A stretch of 34,816 bases of DNA from a virus (Duplodnaviria; Caudoviricetes): positions 1-34,816 of the IMG/VR virus record IMGVR_UViG_3300020410_001011; one strand, 5' to 3'. Under the pieces are notes generated by a model that did not search any database, was not told the DNA's origin, and worked only from the letters and a program-made list of their open reading frames with translations. The position numbers were made by a program, and so were the translations under genes. Below, in pieces: positions 1 to 7,491 of this stretch. Within the stretch, counting starts at the first letter, position 1. Every line of letters starts with the position of its first letter.

Positions 1-362
1 GAACCGAGTCCGAGTTGCCCGATTTGCTCGTTTGTGCCGCGCTTGGTAGATTCACCGTACATCGCGTAAATCTCAGATACTTGATTCTCTGTCAGGCCGC
101 GCCCAAAATCACGCACCTTGAACTCAGGGGTCATTTGAGTAGGTAGAGTAACCTTGATTGGAGTATCGGCCTTGCCCACTTCTATATGAGCGTCTACCGC
201 ATTAGTGGAGTATTCTCGGATAACCGCGAGTACCTTGTCAGAGTACAACTGATTCCGCAATACATTGAAGATATGAGAGAGTCCTGACTCCTTGATTCCA
301 AAAGATACTGATTGGAAATCGTCGGACTGTTTGAGTGTTGTTTGTTTTGACGTAGTAATCAT
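1..362 (-). CDS. rIIA: T4 rIIA-like protein, N-terminal GHKL/HSP90-type ATPase domain (partial, runs off the left edge)
   Basis: Not in the ORF track; translated by hand from ATG at 362: MITTSKQTTLKQSDDFQSVSFGIKESGLSHIFNVLRNQLYSDKVLAVIREYSTNAVDAH...FKVRDFGRGL...YGESTKRGTNEQIGQLGLGS. It contains the rIIA-type motifs LYSDK-AVIRE-NA-DAH, DxGxG and STK...IG-LGLG. Confidence 0.88.
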   Translation of the reverse strand, partial: MITTSKQTTLKQSDDFQSVSFGIKESGLSHIFNVLRNQLYSDKVLAVIREYSTNAVDAHIEVGKADTPIKVTLPTQMTPEFKVRDFGRGLTENQVSEIYAMYGESTKRGTNEQIGQLGLG

Positions 363-372
363 AACGAGACTC

Positions 373-401
373 ATCTTACCAGCGTTCTGGAGACAAGTCA
401 A
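373..401 (-). promoter_or_regulatory. Sigma70-type promoter TTGACT-17-TAAGAT with CCAGAA in the spacer, driving rIIA
   Basis: Minus strand reads TTGACT tgtctCCAGAAcgctgg TAAGAT gagtctcgtt ATG. Confidence 0.75.
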
Positions 402-446
402 GTCCTAAATTAAAAATTTTTTCCAGTTAATTTTTATCAATAAAAA

Positions 447-654
447 AGGCTATCTAAATGGCATCAGAATTACATCTTGTGCAAAGTGCAGATGAATTAG
501 ATTAGCCTCAAAATTGATTGCGCTTGTTTAGAATGGATACGAAACATATCTAGTATGTATACCTTTTGAACTAAATCAAGCGCACAAGTGGGAGTTTGGA
601 TGCGATATGAATTACATCTTGTGTAAATGCGACTTGAACCAAATCACTCACTTG
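447..654 (-). ncRNA. Array A of three structured dual-variable-segment units (U1 447-508, U2 519-584, U3 585-654); putative guide-like ncRNAs
   Basis: Each unit on the minus strand is outer stem, 1-nt bulge, 5-bp stem, TTC-N8-T, 5-bp hairpin (loop CAAGA/CTAGA), TTC-N8-T, closing stems. Stem sequences differ between units but keep pairing. The last unit is followed by a U-tract (442-447). Confidence 0.8.
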
Positions 655-826
655 TAAAATTATTTTTTACGTCATCTGTATTGTTAAAATTTACAAAATC
701 TAAATAGTCATTCTTATCAGCACTAAAGAATAATACTTTACAATCCTCTCCCTCAAAAAAGTAATTGTTTTGCTCCATGTCTAAAAACTCGTTGTTTTCG
801 TCTGAATATGAAAATGTCTTAATCAT
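644..826 (-). CDS. Small acidic hypothetical protein (60 aa)
   Basis: ORF co-oriented with its neighbours; no recognisable motif. Its 3' end overlaps the first stem of U3. Confidence 0.5.
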   Translation of the reverse strand: MIKTFSYSDENNEFLDMEQNNYFFEGEDCKVLFFSADKNDYLDFVNFNNTDDVKNNFTSE

Positions 827-850
827 GTTATTTATTTGGCCTTTTTTCGT

Positions 851-1114
851 TCACAATTCATCTACTATTACACTAGCTATGCTTTGCCTCGCGGACTCAG
901 AATCAAAATTTATTTGGCTCCTTTCGTTTCCTATTTTATCTAAAATTTCTAAAATCTTTACGCGCAAGGAATCTTCATCATACTCCCAAGTGATATCCTT
1001 ATTCTCTACTACATACATACATTTATTTGGCGTTTTCTCGTTCACAATTTCCCTTCCTACTACTTCGCTATTCAGCGGCCAAGATAATTCATTATTTGGC
1101 TTTTTTTCATTCAT
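851..1114 (-). CDS. Hypothetical protein (87 aa)
   Basis: ORF overlapping the upstream gene by 8 nt; co-oriented. Confidence 0.55.
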   Translation of the reverse strand: MNEKKPNNELSWPLNSEVVGREIVNEKTPNKCMYVVENKDITWEYDEDSLRVKILEILDKIGNERSQINFDSESARQSIASVIVDEL

Positions 1115-1397
1115 TTTTAGCTAATGATATTATATGCTCCTTTACTACTTTTTGCACTCTGGTATCCTCCGGTAAGTCCTCTAGCCTATACTCTCTTTCT
1201 AATTTTCTGCCCTGCTTGTCCACATAAGAAAACTTTTTAGGTGGGTCATCACCTTCAAAGTCTGCCCAATCGAACTCTTTATCAAGAGCTTCCATGTTGT
1301 TCATGTTCACCCAAAACAAACCTCGCCCGTCTTTATCATTAGAGAGGGTAAGCATTTCTCTACTAGCCATCTTAAATAACAGTTCTTTATACGTCAT
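1107..1397 (-). CDS. Hypothetical protein (96 aa)
   Basis: ORF with an ATGA overlap to the upstream small ORF. Confidence 0.65.
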   Translation of the reverse strand: MTYKELLFKMASREMLTLSNDKDGRGLFWVNMNNMEALDKEFDWADFEGDDPPKKFSYVDKQGRKLEREYRLEDLPEDTRVQKVVKEHIISLAKNE

Positions 1398-1522
1398 TTA
1401 TCTCTATCTTTATCCTTCTTTCTTTTCTTTTTTTCTTCTACTAATATGGTAGATGACCAAGCAAACATACACACTATGAAAATTATTAGTCCCGACGCAA
1501 CTTGTAATACTAATTCTATCAT
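1394..1522 (-). CDS. Small single-pass membrane protein (42 aa)
   Basis: Hand translation MIELVLQVASGLIIFIVCMFAWSSTILVEEKKKRKKDKDRDK: a hydrophobic helix plus a basic tail, with ATGA overlaps at both ends. Confidence 0.6.
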   Translation of the reverse strand: MIELVLQVASGLIIFIVCMFAWSSTILVEEKKKRKKDKDRDK

Positions 1523-1608
1523 ACTAGGTATTTAGCGGCCAAGATGCAGTTGCCTATGACTAAAATAGCTATCAGTAGCCACCATCTTATAATTTGTTTT
1601 TTCGTCAT
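1519..1608 (-). CDS. Small hydrophobic peptide (29 aa)
   Basis: Hand translation MTKKQIIRWWLLIAILVIGNCILAAKYLV; its stop overlaps the next ATG (ATGA). Confidence 0.5.
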   Translation of the reverse strand: MTKKQIIRWWLLIAILVIGNCILAAKYLV

Positions 1609-1632
1609 TTATTTGGCTTTTTTTCTTTAGTA

Positions 1633-1829
1633 AACTAATCTGAATTACCTCTGAAGTATATCTAGTATACATTGTTCGAGAATCAGATTTAGTTAAAAGT
1701 TAATTTAGATCGCTAACGAAGCATATGTTGTATGCAGTGCATTCGAACTAAATTTAACTACGTTAAAGGTTAATTTAGATTTCATCTGAAACATATCTGG
1801 CATGTATTGATGGTGAACTAAATTTAACC
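1633..1829 (-). ncRNA. Array B of three structured dual-variable-segment units (U4 1633-1694, U5 1698-1759, U6 1768-1829)
   Basis: Same architecture as array A. U5 and U6 share near-identical outer stems but have entirely different N8 segments. A promoter lies immediately upstream. Confidence 0.82.
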
Positions 1830-1836
1830 ACAACTT

Positions 1837-1864
1837 ATTATATTGTTATTTGGGCTAAATTCAA
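1837..1864 (-). promoter_or_regulatory. Sigma70-type promoter directly upstream of array B
   Basis: Minus strand TTGAAT-16 nt-TATAAT followed by 7 nt and then the first base of U6; it sits right after a terminator. Confidence 0.65.
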
Positions 1865-1890
1865 AAAAACCCCACTCCGTAGAGTGGGGT
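1863..1890 (-). terminator. Intrinsic terminator
   Basis: Minus strand ACCCCACTC-TACG-GAGTGGGGT-TTTTTT: a 9-bp stem, UNCG loop and U-tract downstream of the 61-aa ORF. Confidence 0.85.
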
Positions 1891-1922
1891 CGTTATGAGG
1901 ACTACTATTTACTGGGGGGAGA

Positions 1923-2108
1923 TTACTTGCGCGTCCGACGCTTACTGAATTTAAGCGTCTGTGAGTCCTTTGCCACAGTAAATGTAGACTTTGGAGCAGC
2001 AACGTATTCCGAACGATGCTGATTGAACTTACGCAGCTTCTCAACAGAATCGATCTGAAGGTCGCTGCCCGTCTGTGTTACGTTTACTCGGTATGTAGTA
2101 TTTCTCAT
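1923..2108 (-). CDS. Small basic hypothetical protein (61 aa), monocistronic
   Basis: Has its own TATAAT 8 nt upstream of the ATG and its own terminator downstream; basic C-terminus KRRTRK. Confidence 0.7.
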   Translation of the reverse strand: MRNTTYRVNVTQTGSDLQIDSVEKLRKFNQHRSEYVAAPKSTFTVAKDSQTLKFSKRRTRK

Positions 2109-2116
2109 ACAAATAT

Positions 2117-2144
2117 ATTATAGCGCCAAAAATATTTTTGTCTA
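2117..2144 (-). promoter_or_regulatory. Sigma70-type promoter (TAGACA-16-TATAAT), near-leaderless
   Basis: Minus strand TAGACA aaaatatttttggcgc TATAAT atatttgt ATG. Confidence 0.6.
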
Positions 2145-2162
2145 ATTTTTCTTCAACTTTTT

Positions 2163-2336
2163 TCAAAAAGATATTTTTACAATAGTGCCTTTTACTACGC
2201 CCGTTTCCTTTTCATATTTATTTGGAGCAGGCTTATCCTCCGGCAACCATTCGTACTTTGTGCTATGACATCCGGTACATAGAATAAAGATTAAAGTCAA
2301 AAGAAAACAAATAAATACTCTAGTTTCTAGCTTCAC
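2163..2336 (-). CDS. Putative small lipoprotein (57 aa, GTG start)
   Basis: Hand translation MKLETRVFICFLLTLIFILCTGCHSTKYEWLPEDK...: a signal-peptide-like N-terminus ending in lipobox-like CTG-C. GTGA overlap with the nuclease stop. Confidence 0.55.
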   Translation of the reverse strand: MKLETRVFICFLLTLIFILCTGCHSTKYEWLPEDKPAPNKYEKETGVVKGTIVKISF

Positions 2337-2710
2337 TTCTTACCTCCTAAATATTTCTTCGCATGACCTTCAGCTATCAACTTATCATTGTAGCTACCTA
2401 CTGCGGAAAACGGAGAAGCGTCCTCTGGATATTTATACAAAACACCTAAAAGCCTGCCATATTTTCCTTTTTTATCAATAGAGGTTTCAATAATGAACTC
2501 GTTGTTACCTTCGGCAATCAACTCCTCAAGTCTGGCTTTTGCTGCCAAGCCTCTCGCTTTCTCCTCTTTGTCTCTTGTGCGGCATTCTGGAGTGTCTATG
2601 CCGTACAAACGGATGCGCTCCTTCTTGAACGTGCTAAAGCCGCAATCAATCATAGCATCGACTGTATCGCCATCCACAACTCTTATCAGCTTTGCTTTAT
2701 ATTGATACAT
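2333..2710 (-). CDS. Staphylococcal nuclease (thermonuclease/SNase) homologue
   Basis: Motifs RVVDGDT, RIRLYGIDTPE, GKYGRLLG and N..LIAEGHA. Confidence 0.9.
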   Translation of the reverse strand: MYQYKAKLIRVVDGDTVDAMIDCGFSTFKKERIRLYGIDTPECRTRDKEEKARGLAAKARLEELIAEGNNEFIIETSIDKKGKYGRLLGVLYKYPEDASPFSAVGSYNDKLIAEGHAKKYLGGKK

Positions 2711-2864
2711 CTGAATCTTTGCCTAGTTTTGCCGCGAGTTCCTCAAGGGATATCACAATATCATTTATAAGATACTCTGTTTCAAACCTTTCATCCTCAT
2801 CCAGATGTCGTAAATCAATGGCTAATAGTTCCTCTATCATCTCATATATTTTATCTTTTTCCAT
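2697..2864 (-). CDS. Small acidic hypothetical protein (55 aa)
   Basis: Hand translation MEKDKIYEMIEELLAIDLRHLDEDERFETEYLINDIVISLEELAAKLGKDSDVSI; fills the gap between the terminator and the nuclease. Confidence 0.6.
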   Translation of the reverse strand: MEKDKIYEMIEELLAIDLRHLDEDERFETEYLINDIVISLEELAAKLGKDSDVSI

Positions 2865-2888
2865 GACTTTTGACAAAACAATTTACAC

Positions 2889-2912
2889 AAAAAAAGCGGC
2901 CGAAGCCGCTTT
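2889..2912 (-). terminator. Intrinsic terminator
   Basis: Minus strand AAAGCGGC-TTCG-GCCGCTTTTTTT: a UUCG-capped GC stem plus U-tract, immediately 3' of unit U7. Confidence 0.88.
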
Positions 2913-2915
2913 GAG

Positions 2916-2974
2916 TGTTATTTGAATTTAGGTTGAAAACTTTTACAAGTTATTTAGTGTGAATCAAACTAACA
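2916..2974 (-). ncRNA. Solitary structured dual-variable-segment unit U7
   Basis: Minus strand TGTTA-G-TTTGA TTC ACACTAAA T AACTT GTAA AAGTT TTC AACCTAAA T TCAAA TAACA. Same architecture, with a GNRA tetraloop in place of the pentaloop. Confidence 0.75.
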
Positions 2975-3140
2975 GGAAATCAGTTATTTCAGTGACGTAT
3001 ACTCTTTTCTTCTTGCACTTTTCACAGGGGCCTTTCCTCCAAGAACCGCAACGATCAGTTACTTTGGGCTGACGCCCGTCTTTCTTAGCGGCACGTTTTT
3101 CCCTGTTCTGTGCCTTAATGCCACACTCGTAACAGATCAC
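2964..3140 (-). CDS. Small zinc-ribbon protein (58 aa, GTG start)
   Basis: Hand translation MICYECGIKAQNREKRAAKKDGRQPKVTDRCGSWRKGPCEKCKKKRVYVTEITDFLLV has two CxxC pairs. GTGA overlap with the upstream gene. Confidence 0.65.
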   Translation of the reverse strand: MICYECGIKAQNREKRAAKKDGRQPKVTDRCGSWRKGPCEKCKKKRVYVTEITDFLLV

Positions 3141-3889
3141 GACGCTTTGGCTTTAGCTTTCTTTTGAATCCGGTCTATGATTTCAAAAGCAGTAATTCGC
3201 GGAATGTCTTTGACGCTGTTCCACTTCTTAGCCTCAAGATTCTTCTCTTCAATCAACTTACTTTTAACTTGCTCAAAAGTAACATTGTTTTCGCTGAGAA
3301 TAGTAGACAGAAAGGAATCTGGAGACATTGTGGCCGAAGATTGAGCTGCGGAAACAATCGCTGATGGCATTACCTTGTTGGCGGTTGCCTGCTTGCCTTT
3401 ATTTGGTGCGATTTCTTCCTTCGCTACGATGTTGATCTTCAAGAAGTTACGTACTGCTCGGCAGAAAGCTCTATTTTCAGCAATAGCGGCCAAGTAAATC
3501 TGTCCGAAACCTTCTGTATTGTTTAGGCCAGCATCAGCAGTTCCTTCAAAGTAGATCTCCTCTCCTTCAGTCTCGTAGTTTCCAGCCCAAGTAATTCCAC
3601 ATTTCATGCAAACATACTCGGGAGAAGCAGCGACGATATCGTACTTTACAGATTTGATACCTCTTATCTGAGCGACTTCTTTCAAGCCTGACAGAAGAAT
3701 AATTAAATTCTTATCTTCTAGCTTTGTTACGTCAGTCTCAGAAGTGTTATCTCTGTTAGGGACAATATGCTTATTGTCGACCATCTTCCTCCAGTCTATC
3801 AAGCCGTCGTCTTGAAAACTGTACTTTACTCCATCCAGTAGTCCGTGGGAGTTCCTCTTAATCGATTTTGGCGGTGTATTTGTTGCCAT
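3137..3889 (-). CDS. Putative single-strand annealing protein (Rad52/Sak/ERF-like)
   Basis: G.A.A...AENRAFCRAVRNFLKI...EEI resembles the conserved helix of phage Rad52-superfamily annealases. It also has a low-complexity linker and a small helical C-terminal domain, and the window encodes a RecB/Cas4-like exonuclease. Confidence 0.5.
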   Translation of the reverse strand: MATNTPPKSIKRNSHGLLDGVKYSFQDDGLIDWRKMVDNKHIVPNRDNTSETDVTKLEDKNLIILLSGLKEVAQIRGIKSVKYDIVAASPEYVCMKCGITWAGNYETEGEEIYFEGTADAGLNNTEGFGQIYLAAIAENRAFCRAVRNFLKINIVAKEEIAPNKGKQATANKVMPSAIVSAAQSSATMSPDSFLSTILSENNVTFEQVKSKLIEEKNLEAKKWNSVKDIPRITAFEIIDRIQKKAKAKAS

Positions 3890-3897
3890 ACACGTTA

Positions 3898-3926
3898 AGA
3901 CTATCGGACTTCTGGTAGCGTGTCAA
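3898..3926 (-). promoter_or_regulatory. Promoter TTGACA-17-TAGTCT with CCAGAA in the spacer
   Basis: Minus strand TTGACA cgctaCCAGAAgtccga TAGTCT taacgtgt ATG. Confidence 0.75.
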
Positions 3927-5108
3927 CTACTTTCTTTCAACTAAATGAAAGTGGTCTTTTTCTTCCCAAAACTCTTCGTGATCAAAAATTTGCATGAAAG
4001 CATGATCAAAAGATGAAACAGATTGGTCGGCAGCGACAGCCATTTTGCTAGGAAAAGCTTTTCCTCCATGAAATAAAAACTTATTAGATTTATAGAATAT
4101 CTTATTTGTTTTGATAAATCTCAGTTCTTCTATATCTTCCAGCTTTACTTTAGGAACAATATTTATGTTTTGCTCGATATCAAGATAATCTATCTTGTAT
4201 TTGTTTGCCTCTTCTTCTGTTTTTTTACTAGCAAGGGCAATGTTTATACCTTTCTGGATACAGCTAAGTACAAAAGAAGGATCGTGGGAATCGTCTAGAA
4301 AATATATAAGCTCCGGAATCCTGTGCTTGTTTTTATCAATTATATCTTCTGGAATGGCTTTGTCTGTCACGATTGAACACGGACAAATATCTAACTGCTT
4401 TATTAGATTATCTAAATTAAATTGGTAATCGGCTCTAACTATTAAAGTTTCGATGCCGAGCTTGTCTATATCTGATATAGGATTAGATAAAGAGGACTCG
4501 ATTCGTCTAGATTTGTACAAACTGCCAACCTTTAGAGTTTTAAACGCAAAAGAGTGAGGCTTGCCTAAGTTTTGTAAAATACACTCAGCTATTTTTTCTG
4601 GCCTTATAGTATCTATAGTTTTAGGCTGCTCGTTTCCATTGAAGGTTGGTTTACTTCTATTTGCAGTTAATACTGTAACATCTTCCGATTTACTCCAGTA
4701 TGGCTTGAATTGCTCATAAAAAGAATTGCTGAAAAGAGTAACAATTTTTTTGTCATAACTTGAAGCAAGCTGAAGAGAAAGATTATTAGTCGTAACGTGA
4801 AGAGCTGAGTTTTTTATTACATAAGCTTTTTGATTATTGTCAGTTTGCCCAACAGCTATGTAGCAGCCAGCGACTTGCTTGTCGTCTTTATTTCCGAGTT
4901 GTACAACAGTTATATTTTTTTCCTTCAAATAAGGAGACATATAATCCAGAACCATGTCCCAATGGCTGTACTTATTTGACTCGTCATCGCTAGAAACGTC
5001 TAGCGTTATGTATCTACCTTCGACCGCCATCGGAAAATACTTTTCGTATATGGATGGCTTGTCTATTTTTAAGTTGTCTTGTAAAGCGTAAGATTCTAAA
5101 ACGTGCAT
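3927..5108 (-). CDS. GT9 (heptosyltransferase-like) C-terminal-half domain plus unknown C-terminal domain
   Basis: VVQLG...AYVIKNSALHVTTNNLSLQLASSYDKKIVTLF...IRPEKI matches the GT9 C-terminal Rossmann half (normally a.l.vg.DSg..HlA.a.g.p.v.lF). Confidence 0.6.
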   Translation of the reverse strand: MHVLESYALQDNLKIDKPSIYEKYFPMAVEGRYITLDVSSDDESNKYSHWDMVLDYMSPYLKEKNITVVQLGNKDDKQVAGCYIAVGQTDNNQKAYVIKNSALHVTTNNLSLQLASSYDKKIVTLFSNSFYEQFKPYWSKSEDVTVLTANRSKPTFNGNEQPKTIDTIRPEKIAECILQNLGKPHSFAFKTLKVGSLYKSRRIESSLSNPISDIDKLGIETLIVRADYQFNLDNLIKQLDICPCSIVTDKAIPEDIIDKNKHRIPELIYFLDDSHDPSFVLSCIQKGINIALASKKTEEEANKYKIDYLDIEQNINIVPKVKLEDIEELRFIKTNKIFYKSNKFLFHGGKAFPSKMAVAADQSVSSFDHAFMQIFDHEEFWEEKDHFHLVERK

Positions 5109-7006
5109 AAGTAATCCTTGTCTATAACGTCTTTCATATTATGAATGTAGTTAGAATGACGCTGGGTAGTTAAATACGGAGCTAGAACAATGTTAAAATA
5201 TTCTTTTGATCCTCCAATTCCTTCCAAACTTAAGACATTATCGAAAGATTGAGAATATGGAATAACTTTATGGATAAACTCGTTAGCCCATAGTATAGAA
5301 AAGTTTTCCGGCTTAGTGGCAACATACAAGTTATAATTTGGGTATTTTTCTTTAATAGACTTGAACAAAGAAGTAGAGATGAAAACATCTTTGGCAGAAT
5401 CGGGCATAACATATAAAATACGTTTGCCTTCATCATCTTCATCTAATATATCTTCTATCTTTACTGGAAAGTATTTTTCGTTGTGGTCTTTGGCGACCTG
5501 CCTAAAGTAATCTTCTATATTTTTTCTGGGAGTCTTTCTCTCAATCTGCTGCATCCAATATTTATAACCGTCATCATGGATGTTGTTGTCCCTGTTCAGT
5601 ATCTTTTTATATAAAGCTAAAATCCATTCAGAATCATTTTGTATATTTTCAACGAAAGCATCTGGGTAGTTTTTGACTTCTTCTAGCTTGATCTCTTCTT
5701 CGTAGACGGCAGGCTCTGCATTATCTATAAAATCTTCAAATATTTTTCCAACTACTTCTACGGAGAAACCGTCAATCACCCATTGCCTAGCCATTTTGCC
5801 CATAGCTTCAAGCTCTTGCTTTGGCATATGGTAAACTTTTAGCAAATTGTTATAGATAGAATCTGCACAAGTAGAAGCTTTTATGAACTCTGTTTGGTGC
5901 TCTATATATTTACTCCATTCTAAAGCTATAGAACCAGAACCTTCCTCGCACTGCTCTTCTCCGCAGCTATAATCTGTAACAAGAGTTACAAGCTCTGTAA
6001 GCTTGGCTTCTTGGATTGGGATTTCCTGACCGCCACTTGTAAATGGGTGGCAGTACACATCCATTAAATTGTAAATTTCATTTAGCTGAGACTCGCTAAC
6101 GCCTCCCCCAACGTTAGTTGTTCCCATTGATTTTTCTGCGCCGCAAATATCACAAGTCTGCTCTTGTCCTACATATGGCTTAACTTTATAGCCATAGCAA
6201 GTCTTGCAGTAGTATGTGGTTAAAATATCATCTTTACTTACGCCGTGTTCATCGGCTAGTTTATGAATGTTCCAACCCTCCCCCCAGTGTGTATGCAGTA
6301 AAAGCTTTGATCTAGGTACTTTAGATTGAAACTTTTTAAAACCTTCTAGCAAATTGGGCACAGACTTACGTAATTGATTTCTAAATACAAAACCAACAAT
6401 GTATTCGTCAGTAGAGATATTGTTATTTGAGCGAAGTTCATTCCTCTTTTCGTCACTTAATCTGTAAAAATTTTTAGTTTCTAAACATCCGTGGACAGTT
6501 TTTACATGAGTGTGACCTTTTTCGTGAAGTGCCTTTGTGGCAAAATTGCTCCAAATCCAGTAGTTTTTTATTTTAGGTGCATTATCTACTGCTGAAGGAA
6601 GAATAGGAAGAGAGTCCAACGTAGTCCAAATTACAGAGGGGATTTTATCAAACCAAGGCTTTCCTACTGCAAAGTCAACGCCCCAAATATCTTGTGCGGC
6701 GATGTAGACATCTGGCTTCTCTTGCTCTACTACTTGATCTATTAGATAAGCGCCATAACTTGCCATTCTCGCTTTACCCGCATCTTTATTTAGCTCGGCC
6801 AACTTGTTCTGATCGTCCGGCAAAGTGCCAATAGACTTCCAAGGGGTTCTTTTTAGATTCGGAGTAGAGTAAGCATTTCCGCAACAATAGCTAATTATCT
6901 CATATTTTCCAGTTTTATAGAGATAGGACAGCAGCGCTTTTGTATTTCTCCCGAAGCCTGTTTTTGCCAGAGCTGAGTCTGACTGATATAAAATCTTTTT
7001 CTTCAC
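5096..7006 (-). CDS. GT4 family glycosyltransferase with Zn-ribbon insertion and C-terminal GT9 N-terminal-like domain
   Basis: TGFGRN near the N-terminus; VFRNQLRKSVPNLLEGF; YNLMDVYCHPFTSGGQEIPIQEA (GT4 EX7E-like region); CKTC...CDIC insertion; C-terminal RILYVMPDSAKDVFISTSLFKSIKEKYP. Confidence 0.8.
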   Translation of the reverse strand: MKKKILYQSDSALAKTGFGRNTKALLSYLYKTGKYEIISYCCGNAYSTPNLKRTPWKSIGTLPDDQNKLAELNKDAGKARMASYGAYLIDQVVEQEKPDVYIAAQDIWGVDFAVGKPWFDKIPSVIWTTLDSLPILPSAVDNAPKIKNYWIWSNFATKALHEKGHTHVKTVHGCLETKNFYRLSDEKRNELRSNNNISTDEYIVGFVFRNQLRKSVPNLLEGFKKFQSKVPRSKLLLHTHWGEGWNIHKLADEHGVSKDDILTTYYCKTCYGYKVKPYVGQEQTCDICGAEKSMGTTNVGGGVSESQLNEIYNLMDVYCHPFTSGGQEIPIQEAKLTELVTLVTDYSCGEEQCEEGSGSIALEWSKYIEHQTEFIKASTCADSIYNNLLKVYHMPKQELEAMGKMARQWVIDGFSVEVVGKIFEDFIDNAEPAVYEEEIKLEEVKNYPDAFVENIQNDSEWILALYKKILNRDNNIHDDGYKYWMQQIERKTPRKNIEDYFRQVAKDHNEKYFPVKIEDILDEDDEGKRILYVMPDSAKDVFISTSLFKSIKEKYPNYNLYVATKPENFSILWANEFIHKVIPYSQSFDNVLSLEGIGGSKEYFNIVLAPYLTTQRHSNYIHNMKDVIDKDYLCTF

Positions 7007-7491
7007 TGATTATTCTTCGCCGCGATGCTTTTGGCAATAGCTTCATTATTTTCTTTGATTACAGCAGATGAGTACAAACTCAAAGAAGTGAGAAGGAATT
7101 GTTTTAAGAATTTTGATTCTCCAAATGTGAAGCTAATTGAATAACTTTTCTTCTCCCCTTCCTTTGGCATCTTAGTAAGAGTGAAGGCGAACCCGTCTTT
7201 CCTATCGTCCTTCATTTTGGGCTTGAAGGAGAACGAGGTATTTTCTTTTGGGGTCTTGTGAAAGCTAGAAAATTCTCTTCCGCTTTCAATACAGTCAATA
7301 AAAGAACCTATTTCTGTCGGGGTAAACTTACAGGCGGAACGTGTCTTTGTGTCGAACTTGCCTTTGCCGTTTTCAGCGTCCCAGCTCAACTGCTTTAACA
7401 ACTGAACATAAAAAGATTTGTCGTTTGTGTTATATGAAAAACTGCAACAGCAACCGCTGTTCCACTGATTTGGCTTATAAAAATGAATCAT
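7003..7491 (-). CDS. Hypothetical protein, possibly a Whirly/PC4-like ssDNA-binding protein
   Basis: Duplicated beta-beta-beta-beta-alpha pattern (FTPTEIGSFI / FTFGESKFLK); located directly after DnaE. Confidence 0.35.
   Translation of the reverse strand: MIHFYKPNQWNSGCCCSFSYNTNDKSFYVQLLKQLSWDAENGKGKFDTKTRSACKFTPTEIGSFIDCIESGREFSSFHKTPKENTSFSFKPKMKDDRKDGFAFTLTKMPKEGEKKSYSISFTFGESKFLKQFLLTSLSLYSSAVIKENNEAIAKSIAAKNNQ

Noticed and set aside
447-1829. Calling the repeat clusters CRISPR arrays (tempting because of the Cas4-like gene)
   Set aside because: There are no identical 23-47-nt direct repeats or 30-40-nt spacers. Conservation is structural, the variable parts are only 8 nt, and there is no cas1/cas2.
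1838-2044. 68-aa minus-strand ORF
   Set aside because: It overlaps the 61-aa gene, which has its own promoter, and runs through a clear terminator.
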